This document shows positions 19,850 to 32,201 of a DNA stretch of 64,000 bases, in pieces. Within the stretch, counting starts at the first letter, position 1. Every line of letters starts with the position of its first letter. Source of the stretch: Capsulimonadaceae bacterium (lineage in GTDB: Bacteria; Armatimonadota; Armatimonadia; Armatimonadales; Capsulimonadaceae). The notes under the pieces are model-generated. The model was not told the DNA's origin. It saw only the letters and a program-made list of their open reading frames with translations, and did no database searches. Made by a program: the position numbers and the translations under genes. The stretch is from the NCBI GenBank assembly GCA_965215505.1, contig OZ244065.1, positions 4,800,001-4,864,000 on the forward strand, read 5' to 3'.

Positions 19850-19910
19850 ATGCTAGAAAATTAGCATTTTCCTTGACATCCTGCTCCCAATGTGCTAAAT
19901 TATTAGCATG
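19850..19910 (+). promoter_or_regulatory. blaI promoter with two TGCTA-N6-TAGCA operator palindromes
   Basis: Boxes at 19851-19866 and 19893-19908; TTGACA at 19873-19878, 17-bp spacer, extended -10 TGcTAAATT (hexamer 19896-19901). Confidence 0.85.
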
Positions 19911-20294
19911 GCTACCGACACCGCCCTCAGCCGCCGCGAGCGGCAGATCATGGACATCATCTACCAGCAGGAGAAGGCGACCGCCGCCGACGTGCTGGCC
20001 GCCCTGCCCGACCCGCCCTCCTACTCCTCCGTGCGCGCTTTACTCGGCGTCCTGGAGTCGAAGGGCCACCTGCGGCACGTCAAGGACGGCGCGCGTTACG
20101 TCTACTCGCCCGTCCGGTCCCGACGTGGGGCGGCCAAGTCCGCCTTGCAGCAGGTCATGCAGACCTTCTTCGCCGGCTCGGTCGAGCGGACCGTCGCCAC
20201 CCTCCTGTCCGCCTCCGACGCGCCGCTGTCCGAGGAAGAATGCGAGCGCCTGTCGGCGCTCATTGACCGGGCGAAAGAAGGGGGCAAGAAATGA
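19908..20294 (+). CDS. BlaI/MecI/CopY family transcriptional repressor
   Basis: LSRRERQIMDIIY, YSSVRALLGVLESKG, YVYSP, FFAGS. Confidence 0.95.
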   Translation: MATDTALSRRERQIMDIIYQQEKATAADVLAALPDPPSYSSVRALLGVLESKGHLRHVKDGARYVYSPVRSRRGAAKSALQQVMQTFFAGSVERTVATLLSASDAPLSEEECERLSALIDRAKEGGKK

Positions 20295-22111
20295 GTGAAG
20301 TGCCTCCAGTCCTGACGTGGCTCCCCGTGCTGGGCAGCCTCGCTTTGAAAAGCCTGATCCTGTTCCTTGTCGCGGGCGCGGCCCTGCTCGCCCTGCGGCG
20401 GGCGTCCGCCTCGGCGCGGCACCTCGTCTGCCTCCTGGCGCTGGTGGGCCTGCTGGCCCTGCCTCTCCTGTCTCTGGCCCTGCCGGGCTGGCGGCTTGCG
20501 GTGCTGGCCCCGCCTGCCGCGCCGCCCGCACCCGCCGTGCCGTCTGTCGTTACGGTGCCGGTGCTTGTCCCTACGGAGACGGGAGCGCCGACGAAGGTGG
20601 TCCCCTTCGTGCCCCCGTCCGCCCGGCTCGCCCCCCTCCTGGCCCTGCCGACGCCCGCCCCTGCCCCGCGTCCCTTCCCCTGGCTGATCGCCCTGGCCGC
20701 CCTCTGGCTCGGCGGCGTCCTGATTGCCGTCCTGCGGCCCCTCCTCGGCCTGTGGGGTATCGCGCGGCTCTCCCAGGCCAGCGCCGCAGTCACAGACGCA
20801 TCCATCCTGGCCCAAGCCGCCGAATGCGCGTCCGCCCTTGGCATCAGCCAGGCACCCGCCTTGCGTCAGGCCGATGCCTCCGTCCCGATGACTTGGGGCT
20901 GGCATCGCCCCGTCGTCCTGCTGCCTGCCGAGGCGCGGGACTGGCCCGAGGGCCGCCTGCGAGCCGTCCTGCTGCACGAGCTGGCCCACGTCCGGCGGCG
21001 CGACTGGCTCTCCCACCGGCTGGCCGATGTCGTCTGCGCCCTCTACTGGTTCCACCCGCTCGCCTGGCTCACCGCCCGTCGCCTCAAAATGGAGAGCGAG
21101 ATCGCCTGTGACGACCTCGTCCTGACCTCCGGCGTCGCCGCCCCGGACTACGCCCGGCACCTGCTGGACGTCGCCCGCGCCCTGCGCCCCGCCCCCGCCC
21201 TCGTTCCCACCGCCGCCATCGCCATGGCGCGCACCGCCCGCATCGAAGGGAGACTGACCATGATCCTGGACACCACCCGCCCCCGCCGCGCCCTGACGCG
21301 CCGCGCCCTGCTGACGGTCCTCAGCCTCAGCGCCGCCGCCCTCGTCCCGCTCGCCGTCCTGCGGCTTGAAGCACGGGCACAGGCCGCGCCCGGCGTCATC
21401 CCCGCCCGGCACCTCACGACGCTCCATGTGACCACTGCCACCCCCACGATGGTTGCGGCAGGCGTCATGCCCATCCAGTTGGCGCGAGTCTACACTGACC
21501 TATGGGAACTTCACGGCCTCAGCCGTCGCCGTGTCCAGTTTGCCTTCCGGCTACCTGCTGCCGCGCGGGATGTCACGGTCAAGTATGCGCTGACCGGCAG
21601 CCTGTATTCTTCTTCGGACGGCACTTGGCCCTCGAAGATGCAGGGCACCAGCGGGCAGACAGAGGCACAGCTTAACGCCCAGACCGGCGGGGCGCGCATC
21701 GTGACTGCGACCTTCCCCTCGTCCGTCTCCAAGACCAATGTCCGCGTCAGCACCGCCTCCGGTCACTGGGAAAAGGAAGCCGCCGCCGCCCCGACCCGCT
21801 ACACCGGCTCCAGCGTCACGACCAGTCGCGGCACGTTCATCTTCAGCCCGGTGACGCCGGAAAAAGGCAACATCTGGGGGGTGACGATCACGACCGGCCA
21901 GCCGAAGGAAGACGTCCGCATCGTGGCTATAGACGCGCGCGGCCATGAACTGCTGCCCTCCACCATCGGCGATACGACCGCAGGCGGCCTGGACCAGATC
22001 ACCGCACGGTTCGCCGGTCTGCCCCTGCCGCAGATCAAGGAGTTCCGCGTGGAATCCCGCCCATTCCACTCCGTCGAGTTCAAAAACGTCGCCTTGCGGC
22101 CCGCGAAGTAG
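20291..22111 (+). CDS. M56 family (BlaR1-like) membrane metallopeptidase with a non-penicillin-binding extracellular domain
   Basis: ATGA-coupled to blaI; TM segments; PMTWG, LLHELAHVRRRD, YWFHPLAW, ESEIACDD; then MARTARIEGRLTMILD, a final TM and a beta-rich C-terminal domain. Confidence 0.93.
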   Translation: MSEVPPVLTWLPVLGSLALKSLILFLVAGAALLALRRASASARHLVCLLALVGLLALPLLSLALPGWRLAVLAPPAAPPAPAVPSVVTVPVLVPTETGAPTKVVPFVPPSARLAPLLALPTPAPAPRPFPWLIALAALWLGGVLIAVLRPLLGLWGIARLSQASAAVTDASILAQAAECASALGISQAPALRQADASVPMTWGWHRPVVLLPAEARDWPEGRLRAVLLHELAHVRRRDWLSHRLADVVCALYWFHPLAWLTARRLKMESEIACDDLVLTSGVAAPDYARHLLDVARALRPAPALVPTAAIAMARTARIEGRLTMILDTTRPRRALTRRALLTVLSLSAAALVPLAVLRLEARAQAAPGVIPARHLTTLHVTTATPTMVAAGVMPIQLARVYTDLWELHGLSRRRVQFAFRLPAAARDVTVKYALTGSLYSSSDGTWPSKMQGTSGQTEAQLNAQTGGARIVTATFPSSVSKTNVRVSTASGHWEKEAAAAPTRYTGSSVTTSRGTFIFSPVTPEKGNIWGVTITTGQPKEDVRIVAIDARGHELLPSTIGDTTAGGLDQITARFAGLPLPQIKEFRVESRPFHSVEFKNVALRPAK

Positions 22112-22148
22112 CCCTGCCCCATCAGGGAGCAGAGGCAGGAGACAGGCC

Positions 22149-23111
22149 ATGAAGCGCAAGCCGTATGAACTCGCCCTCTGGGTGGCCCTGCCGATGGCCC
22201 ACACGCCCCGCATCGAAGGAAGGCTACGAATGATCCTCGACGCTGGCCGCCCGCGCCGGACACTGACGCGGCGCGCTCTGCTCGTGTCGCTGGCCGCCGC
22301 GCTCGGGTGCGGAGTGCTGGCCACTTTGGAGCCTGGGAGGCGGGCGCAGGCGGCAGGCACCCCAACCCCGTGGAAGCAGACACTGGCGAACGGGATGACC
22401 GTCGAAGTTCTGGGCGTCTCAGACGCGCCGACGCGACAGCGGGGCGGCTGGTGGAGGCCGGACGGGTCGCCGCTGGCGGGGGCACCATTCGGACGGTATC
22501 TGGAGTCTCCAATCACGGGGCAGGACCGACGGGCTTTCGCCATGCGTGTCCTGCCGTCCCCAAGCGGCCCGCAGTGGGGCTTTCCCATTTATGAGGTCGC
22601 AGGGGCTGCTCTGGTGCGGACCAGTTCCTGGGTGATGATGTCCGATTCGACAAGGATGGTGGGCCTTGATATCGTTTCGGCGGGCGCCGACGCACTGCCG
22701 TCGCCAGGCACACTGCGCTGCGGTGTCGCGGCGGGGACGTGGGAGACGCTGAAATCCGCCAACGTCTCCATCCTCCCGGCGGGGGGCGGGTTCACCTTCC
22801 ATGGACACGCCGGCAGTGTTGTCTTCTCACGTCTGAGTCAGACGCGCGGGAGTGCCATGGTGACTATGAGTGACACTTTCCCGAACGGAGAAGGGGTGTC
22901 CCGAGTTGCGGCGCTGGATGCCTCAGGGAAGACTGTCGAAGGCGATTCCGATGGTGGGGCGGAGACCGGGGCGATGCGCCAGACCGTCATCGTCTTCAGG
23001 GGTATGCCATTAAGCCGCATCAAAGAGGTCCGCTTCCAGGCGCTGCCCTATCAGTGGGCGGAGTTCCGGGGGATCGCCCTGAAGCCGGGTGGCAGTGTGG
23101 CACACCGATGA
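22149..23111 (+). CDS. Membrane or secreted protein made of an M56 post-protease helix and TM plus a domain paralogous to the M56 extracellular domain
   Basis: AGGAG RBS; starts MKRKPYELALWVALPMAHTPRIEGRLRMILDAGRPRRTLTRRALL; ends MPLSRIKEVRFQALPYQWAEFRGIALKP versus LPLPQIKEFRVESRPFHSVEFKNVALRP in the M56 protein. Confidence 0.85.
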   Translation: MKRKPYELALWVALPMAHTPRIEGRLRMILDAGRPRRTLTRRALLVSLAAALGCGVLATLEPGRRAQAAGTPTPWKQTLANGMTVEVLGVSDAPTRQRGGWWRPDGSPLAGAPFGRYLESPITGQDRRAFAMRVLPSPSGPQWGFPIYEVAGAALVRTSSWVMMSDSTRMVGLDIVSAGADALPSPGTLRCGVAAGTWETLKSANVSILPAGGGFTFHGHAGSVVFSRLSQTRGSAMVTMSDTFPNGEGVSRVAALDASGKTVEGDSDGGAETGAMRQTVIVFRGMPLSRIKEVRFQALPYQWAEFRGIALKPGGSVAHR

Positions 23112-24661
23112 GAGTCCCATTACACACGAAAGAAAGACTCGACATGCTCTCGACCGAAACCCGACGCCGCCTGCTCCCGCTCCTCGCGCTCGCCCCGCTG
23201 GCCTGCCTCTCCGGCATGGCCGGCGTGAAGGCGGACCCGGCCCGCCACCCCGCCAAGGAAGACACCTACACCATCACTTCAGTTCTGCGGGTGCTGCCGC
23301 CCGTGGACCCCGCCGCCATGAGCGACGACTTCCAGGACGTGCGCGTTCTGGCCCGAGACAAAGCCTCGGCTACGGTGGAAGTGACCTACTACCCGCTCTA
23401 CCAGCAGCCCGTCGGCGAGGACCCCGACTGGCGCAAGGACGACGCGGGCATGACCGCCTTCCTCCAGCCGACGCCCGCCGAGAACTGGGACGCCGCCATG
23501 CGCCGTGACCTGCTGGCACAGCTCAAGCAGGACGGCATTGACCCGGACGCCCTAACCGACAAGGCCCTCGTCGAGCGGGTCTCCCGCTGGGCCATGCACC
23601 GGGCACATGAGGCGAGCGCCTTCACGGTTTGGGACGTCTATTACCCGGACGGCAAGCCTACCGTTTTCCCCGCCCTGCGCGCGGCCTTCGACCAGCAGAA
23701 GCCCGCCCCGACCTGGACCGACCAGCAGATGTTCGACCAGGAGGCCCTGGGCAAATCCATGTTTTACAACAAGGTCCACGGCTCCTGCACGTCGTCCTCG
23801 ATCTATTTGACCACCATCTTCCGCGCCCTGGGCATCCCCACCCGCACCGTCCTGTGCATCCCGCCGTTCGACCCGAACGACGGCGCGCAGGCGTCCAAAT
23901 TCTACGCGGCCGTCCACGACAACGCCGTGCGCGAAACCGTCCGCGCCGCCCTGGACGGAATGGGAGGCTTCGCCAACCACCTGTTCAACGAGGTCTACGT
24001 CGGCCACCACTGGGTGCGCCTCAACTACGACCGGCTGGGCCAGCCGATCTTGGACCCCGACTATTTCGGCCTGCTGACGCACATCGCGACGAGCGCCGAC
24101 CTGAGCAAGACGCCGCTGGCGCAGACCTGGGGGCTGCGTTATGCTGAGGACGCGCCGGACCAGCCCAAGCTCTCCTCGGTCAACCCGTACATGCTGCTCT
24201 CCGTCAGCGACCACTTCGGCGCGAACGCCCACCTGGACAATCCCGCCGTCCCCATCGCCGAGCTACGGACGGCCACGATCACCGGGCTGCTGCCGAAAAC
24301 CTCGCCTGCCCTGCCCAAGTGGGTCGCAGACGACACCCCCAAAGACAGCGCGTTCGACTTCTTCATCGTCTACAAGGAATGGGTGCCCGGCTCCTACATG
24401 CAGATGCGCGCGTTCGGCAAGCGGGCCGCTCACGATTTCTTACTGACCGCGCCGGGCCGGCGGGATGTCAAGGTGCGGCTGAACGGCACGATGGACAGCG
24501 ATGGTGCCGGCACCTTCCAAGCTTTCGGGGCGCGCATCATGCCCGAAGACAAGGCGAAACTCGTTCCCGGCGTCGCCTACACGCTCACGCCGCAGAACAC
24601 CAGCGACACCTACCGCTGGGCCGTCACGCCCGGCGTGACTCTGACACTGCCCGCCAAATAG
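23108..24661 (+). CDS. Exported transglutaminase-like (cysteine protease fold) protein
   Basis: ATGA-coupled start (alternative ATG at 23144); hydrophobic N-terminus; GSCTSSSIYLTTIFRALGIPTR and NHLFNEVYVGHHWVRLN match the transglutaminase-like Cys and His motifs. Confidence 0.8.
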   Translation: MRVPLHTKERLDMLSTETRRRLLPLLALAPLACLSGMAGVKADPARHPAKEDTYTITSVLRVLPPVDPAAMSDDFQDVRVLARDKASATVEVTYYPLYQQPVGEDPDWRKDDAGMTAFLQPTPAENWDAAMRRDLLAQLKQDGIDPDALTDKALVERVSRWAMHRAHEASAFTVWDVYYPDGKPTVFPALRAAFDQQKPAPTWTDQQMFDQEALGKSMFYNKVHGSCTSSSIYLTTIFRALGIPTRTVLCIPPFDPNDGAQASKFYAAVHDNAVRETVRAALDGMGGFANHLFNEVYVGHHWVRLNYDRLGQPILDPDYFGLLTHIATSADLSKTPLAQTWGLRYAEDAPDQPKLSSVNPYMLLSVSDHFGANAHLDNPAVPIAELRTATITGLLPKTSPALPKWVADDTPKDSAFDFFIVYKEWVPGSYMQMRAFGKRAAHDFLLTAPGRRDVKVRLNGTMDSDGAGTFQAFGARIMPEDKAKLVPGVAYTLTPQNTSDTYRWAVTPGVTLTLPAK

Positions 24662-24688
24662 CCGGAGCCGGGCACGGAAAGGCCGACC

Positions 24689-25972
24689 ATGACACACAAA
24701 CTGACGCCTTTGGACCTCGCGCTGTGGGCCGCCCTGCCGATGGCCCACACTTCGCGCATCGAAGGGAGGCTCCAAATGATCCTGGACCGCACCCGCCCGC
24801 GACGCGCCTTGACGCGCCGGTTCCTGCTGACTGCGCTCGGCCTCGGGGCCGCCGCCCTCGTCCCGCTGGCGATGCTGCGGCCCGCCGCACGGGCGCAGGC
24901 CGCTGACACGCCGCTTAAGCATCACATGACCAGGGCCACGACGCGGGTGTCGGCGGTCAGTGCCGTCCCCGGCGAGTTCGACGCCATGCAGCTTGTCGCC
25001 GAGGGGCGGTCACTCACGCCCCGCGCGGCGGCGGATTTGGAGCGGGCACTGACGCTGCACCCGGACGATTACGCCGCCCACATCCGGCTCCTCGGCTATT
25101 ACGGGAGGCAGCAGTACGAGCCAGGTTTCGGGAGAGCGGCTTACCAAAGGCAGGTGTTCTGGTTCATCCAGAACCACCCGGAGTCGGTGCTGGCGGGGAC
25201 GCCCAACATGGGGCTGACCAGGAGCATCGACGCGGCTGCCTTTGAAGAGGGGAAGACGCTCTGGCTGGCGCAGATTTCCAAACAGCCGACCAACACCGCC
25301 CTCCTCGGCAAAGCCGCCGACTACTGCCTGCTCTCCGATAACCAAGCGGCGGAACGGCTGCTGCGGCAGGCGGAAGCCCTGGAACCGAAAGACGCGCAAT
25401 GGCCCGACAAGCTGGGCCACCTCTATCACTTGCAGGGAGAGGCGCGAACCGCATCCGCCGGTGACAGCCGCCTCTGGGCACAGAAAGCACTCGCCGAGTT
25501 CGAAGCCGCCGCCGAGGTCTCGACGAACAAAACGCTCCAGCACAGCACATCAGCCGATCTCGCGGTGACGGCCTTCGACGCGGGCGACTATGACAAGGCC
25601 CACCGCTACGCCGCCGACTTGTTGCTGCGCGGCCAGAACAAAGAAGGTCAGAGCCTTGACCCGAGCGACGATCTGCATCACGCCAACCTGATCCTGGGCC
25701 TTCTGGCCCTGCGCGACGGTGACACCGCCGGGGCGGAAGCGCATTTGCTGGCGATGGGCCGCGTCTCCGGCTCGCCGGTTCTAGGCTCGTTCGGCCCCAA
25801 CATGCGGCTCGCCCAGGAGTTGCTGAAAGCGGGGAGACGCGAGGCCGTGCTGGCCTACTTCGATGAGTGCGCTAAATTCTGGGCGTTCGACCGTGGGGCG
25901 AAGCTGAAGCAATGGAAATCGCAAGTCAAGAAGGGCGAAGTGCCTGACTTCGGCGGCAACCTCGTCTACTGA
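24689..25972 (+). CDS. Protein made of an M56 post-protease helix and TM plus an alpha-helical TPR-like domain
   Basis: Starts MTHKLTPLDLALWAALPMAHTSRIEGRLQMILDRTRPRRALTRRFLL...ARAQA; helical repeats such as AERLLRQAEALEP and FDAGDYDKA. Confidence 0.85.
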   Translation: MTHKLTPLDLALWAALPMAHTSRIEGRLQMILDRTRPRRALTRRFLLTALGLGAAALVPLAMLRPAARAQAADTPLKHHMTRATTRVSAVSAVPGEFDAMQLVAEGRSLTPRAAADLERALTLHPDDYAAHIRLLGYYGRQQYEPGFGRAAYQRQVFWFIQNHPESVLAGTPNMGLTRSIDAAAFEEGKTLWLAQISKQPTNTALLGKAADYCLLSDNQAAERLLRQAEALEPKDAQWPDKLGHLYHLQGEARTASAGDSRLWAQKALAEFEAAAEVSTNKTLQHSTSADLAVTAFDAGDYDKAHRYAADLLLRGQNKEGQSLDPSDDLHHANLILGLLALRDGDTAGAEAHLLAMGRVSGSPVLGSFGPNMRLAQELLKAGRREAVLAYFDECAKFWAFDRGAKLKQWKSQVKKGEVPDFGGNLVY

Positions 25973-26032
25973 CCTCTGGAGACGGAGGTAGAAAAAGAGC
26001 GAGGCCACCGCTGGCCCCGCCCTTTCTCGTCG

Positions 26033-26305
26033 CTAATTCGCGGGTACGAAAAGCACCATCAGATGCTCCCGCTCCTTGATCTCGTCTTCTATGTCGGTGA
26101 GTAGATCGTAATACTCATAGGCGCGCATCTTCCCGGCTTGCAGCCGGATGGGGATGTACCACCAGCCTTCTTCCAAATGTAGCGCCTCCTCAAGAATTTC
26201 CGGCGCGGTTTCGCCGATGGGGTTGTGTTCCAGGTAAGGGCGGACACGCCCCACGATTTCCTGCGCGACGTTTTCCAGATCGTTCCCCGTGGTCATTGTT
26301 GCCAT
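26033..26305 (-). CDS. Small acidic hypothetical protein, partner of the HEPN gene
   Basis: Starts 1 nt after the HEPN stop with a GAGGAG RBS; no GSxxxG or DxD nucleotidyltransferase motif. Confidence 0.75.
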   Translation of the reverse strand: MATMTTGNDLENVAQEIVGRVRPYLEHNPIGETAPEILEEALHLEEGWWYIPIRLQAGKMRAYEYYDLLTDIEDEIKEREHLMVLFVPAN

Positions 26306-26306
26306 G

Positions 26307-26720
26307 TCAGATCTCCTCCCCGCGCTCCACTCCTAATAGCTGTAGGACTCGGCCCAAGTCACGCGCCGATCTCTTGGCTGCTGCCAGATCCACAATGGCT
26401 GTTGCGACATAGTCCGCTTCGGCACGCCCCCGGTATAACCGCCGCAACGCCTTGTTGATCTCAAAACGTGATACCAGTGAGAGCGTCGTCAAGTTGTTGA
26501 GGACGTAGCCGGGCAATCCGGCGTGTCCAGGATTGTTGCCGCCGTACCCAAGTGTGATCCCCTGCCGGACGAGCGCCGACGTGATGGCTGAGTACGCCGC
26601 GTAGTAGGCCCGGCTCACACTGCTCCGGTAGCATTCCACTTCCAGCAGGCGCTGGGCCGCTTTGCGGCTGTCCCGGCTGATCGCCCGCCACCGCGCCGCC
26701 TCTTCTTCCCGTGTCGGCAT
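26307..26720 (-). CDS. HEPN domain protein
   Basis: SVSRAYYAAYSA and RAEADY motifs; AAGGAGG RBS; extended -10 TGaTACAAT at 26763-26771 on the minus strand. Confidence 0.85.
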   Translation of the reverse strand: MPTREEEAARWRAISRDSRKAAQRLLEVECYRSSVSRAYYAAYSAITSALVRQGITLGYGGNNPGHAGLPGYVLNNLTTLSLVSRFEINKALRRLYRGRAEADYVATAIVDLAAAKRSARDLGRVLQLLGVERGEEI

Positions 26721-26768
26721 CCGCGTCCTCCTTAACTTCTTGGGTCCTCCTCGAACACCGCCATTGTA

Positions 26769-27779
<1,011 letters not shown>

Positions 27780-27786
27780 GATGCGT

Positions 27787-28545
27787 TTATTGTACCCGGC
27801 GGGACGGGTTCCTGGGCTTCTTGCCCAGGCGCGCGGTTTCGTCGGCCAGCAGCACGGCGGGGCGACGCGCCCGGAGCGGTGTCTGGCGCTCCGTCTCGCG
27901 CCTCACCCCCGCTTGCGCGGCTTCTTCCAATGCCGCAAGCCTTGCCAACTCATCCTGATAGCACTCCTCAAGGCGGCTTATGTCCCGGTACTCAGGCTCT
28001 CGGCGGAGCGCTTGGAAATGACCCTCCAGGCACCCGTGTTCGCGACACTCCTCCGCCAGCCAGCGGCCCTGCTCGAAGAGGTAGACGTGGTGCCGTCTGG
28101 CCCTATAGACAGTGTCGCCGTCCTCATCGAGCCGCGCCCGCTGCTCCCGAAGGGTGTGGGCCAGGGTGGAGTGCCGCGCCGCCATGCCGCCGACCATCTG
28201 CCGCACCGACTGGTCGATTCCAAGGGCCGCGTTGCATACGGAGTGGTCGGGCAGCGCCTCCGCGTCATGGCCGATGACCAGGTAGGTGGTGTCCCTATAG
28301 ACTATCAGGTCGCCGACGGCTGCTCCATGAAAAGCGTGGGCGAAAGGGGCGTCTTCGTACACGGTCAGCACCGCCTGGCCTTGTACCGTGAAGTCTTCGC
28401 CGCCCCGCCCGTCTACGATGCCGAAGACCTCCAGGCCACCTTCCGAGAACAGCACCAGTAGCGCGCGCAAGGTAGGCGGCGGGTGAGGGTGTGAGTGATG
28501 TGTCAGCTCCTCCTGAGCTTCCTGCCGGCTAAAACCTCGTGTCAT
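27787..28545 (-). CDS. Hypothetical protein
   Basis: ATG at 28545 preceded by GAAAGGAG; fills the gap between glgP and the ABC ATPase; no motif recognised. Confidence 0.6.
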   Translation of the reverse strand: MTRGFSRQEAQEELTHHSHPHPPPTLRALLVLFSEGGLEVFGIVDGRGGEDFTVQGQAVLTVYEDAPFAHAFHGAAVGDLIVYRDTTYLVIGHDAEALPDHSVCNAALGIDQSVRQMVGGMAARHSTLAHTLREQRARLDEDGDTVYRARRHHVYLFEQGRWLAEECREHGCLEGHFQALRREPEYRDISRLEECYQDELARLAALEEAAQAGVRRETERQTPLRARRPAVLLADETARLGKKPRNPSRRVQ

Positions 28546-28565
28546 AGCGCTCCTTTCGGGTGTTT

Positions 28566-31013
<2,448 letters not shown>

Positions 31014-31028
31014 AGGTAAAAGCTCTTT

Positions 31029-31364
31029 CTATTTCGTACTTGCTGCGGCCCCTGCCCCTGCTGAGTTCGTCGGGGGTGGGGGCCAGATGTCGTCGTTGGA
31101 AGTAAAGGAGCGGAGGCCGCGCTGCCGCAGGAGTGTCTGTAGCCTCTTCTTGCGCCAATGGTTGTGCCGCCAGGAGGGGATGCAGAGGCCCAAAGTGAGT
31201 CCGATGAGTACGCCGAAAACAGCCCCAATCAGCATCCCCCAATCGTTATCGGCGTGGTTCTGCGGCGTCCCTATGAGGCCCATAGCAGAGCCGCACAAGG
31301 CCCCGACGATGAGGCCGCAGAGGGTGCCTAGAACGGCCCACAAAATTATGCGGATGGTTTCCAT
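31029..31364 (-). CDS. Small glycine-rich two-TM membrane protein
   Basis: Two GxxxG-rich hydrophobic stretches, a basic stretch and a WPPPP tail. Confidence 0.6.
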   Translation of the reverse strand: METIRIILWAVLGTLCGLIVGALCGSAMGLIGTPQNHADNDWGMLIGAVFGVLIGLTLGLCIPSWRHNHWRKKRLQTLLRQRGLRSFTSNDDIWPPPPTNSAGAGAAASTK

Positions 31365-31385
31365 TCTTATCTCGCCAATGGGGAG

Positions 31386-31571
31386 GCCACGGGTTGAAAC
31401 CCGAGGCTGCCAATTGCCCAGCGTCCAGGGGACGCAAGAGAGAAGACATAGGACCGTAGAACATGGCCGCGTAGGGGCGGGGTCCCCCCGCCCTCCTGTT
31501 CTTGTCTCAGGTTATTGTCTTACGTCGCTTCGACGGTGGGCACTTCTCAGCCTCGGGTTTCAACCCGTGGC
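31386..31571. repeat. Composite REP element: 24-bp perfect inverted repeats enclosing a GTAG REP
   Basis: gccacgggttgaaacccgaggctg (31386-31409) and cagcctcgggtttcaacccgtggc (31548-31571); gtaggggcggggtccccccgccctc at 31471-31495. Confidence 0.85.
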
Positions 31572-31573
31572 TC

Positions 31574-31816
31574 CTACTCGGGCAGTTCGCTGATCTCTAG
31601 AACCCCCAACTGCCGTTGCTGTTTAATCTCTTCCCCATCCACAGGACTTAAGGCGTCCATCTGGAAGCTGTAGACAAGATAATCAAACTTCCCGTCATCG
31701 TATGACTGCTTGAAGAGGCGAAGGTCGTCGGCAGGCCAATCATCAAATTGCGACATCCTACCGGCTTTCGTGTAAAAGAATGGCAGGGGTTTCTTGTCCC
31801 ATCCCTTAATCCGCAT
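31574..31816 (-). CDS. Small AT-rich hypothetical protein
   Basis: Overlaps the stop of the upstream ORF; the start could instead be the internal ATG (MSQFDD). Confidence 0.45.
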   Translation of the reverse strand: MRIKGWDKKPLPFFYTKAGRMSQFDDWPADDLRLFKQSYDDGKFDYLVYSFQMDALSPVDGEEIKQQRQLGVLEISELPE

Positions 31817-32132
31817 CTTGTGTAAGACGCCACTCTTGTTTCAGTTGCGCGGCTTGAACCAGATCTGAAAAGGCTTCTTCTATTGTGGCTCGGTCGAGCC
31901 GCATGACTAGCAGATCGGGGCCAATCAGGTAGCGACCACCCAAGTTTTCCCCAGTATGATAGTTCTCCCAATGCGTCCGTTCCAAACACTTGAAGGTCCA
32001 AACATTGAGGGCATAAGCTTCGCCGTTTGACAGGTCGATGCGGACGTTGCAAAAGCCGTCCTCTGGATCATCGTCAATCTTAGCCTCCCAATGCTCAAAC
32101 TCCAGCCAAAGTGTGAAAGGGGTTGCGTCCAT
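31806..32132 (-). CDS. Small acidic AT-rich hypothetical protein, possibly immunity-like
   Basis: 108-aa globular-looking ORF; TATAAT at 32170-32175 on the minus strand upstream. Confidence 0.7.
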   Translation of the reverse strand: MDATPFTLWLEFEHWEAKIDDDPEDGFCNVRIDLSNGEAYALNVWTFKCLERTHWENYHTGENLGGRYLIGPDLLVMRLDRATIEEAFSDLVQAAQLKQEWRLTQDAD

Positions 32133-32201
32133 AGCTGCTTACACTTACGGGTAGTGAGTTCCAGCAGGGATTATACCGCAACGCCGTCCCCCTGTATGAT
32201 G

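Noticed and set aside
21215-24905. DNA-level shufflon or recombination cassettes swapping M56 sensor domains
   Set aside because: The three linker copies differ at many synonymous positions, are all in direct orientation, each has its own start, and no recombinase is nearby. Conservation looks protein-level. Occasional homologous recombination is not excluded.
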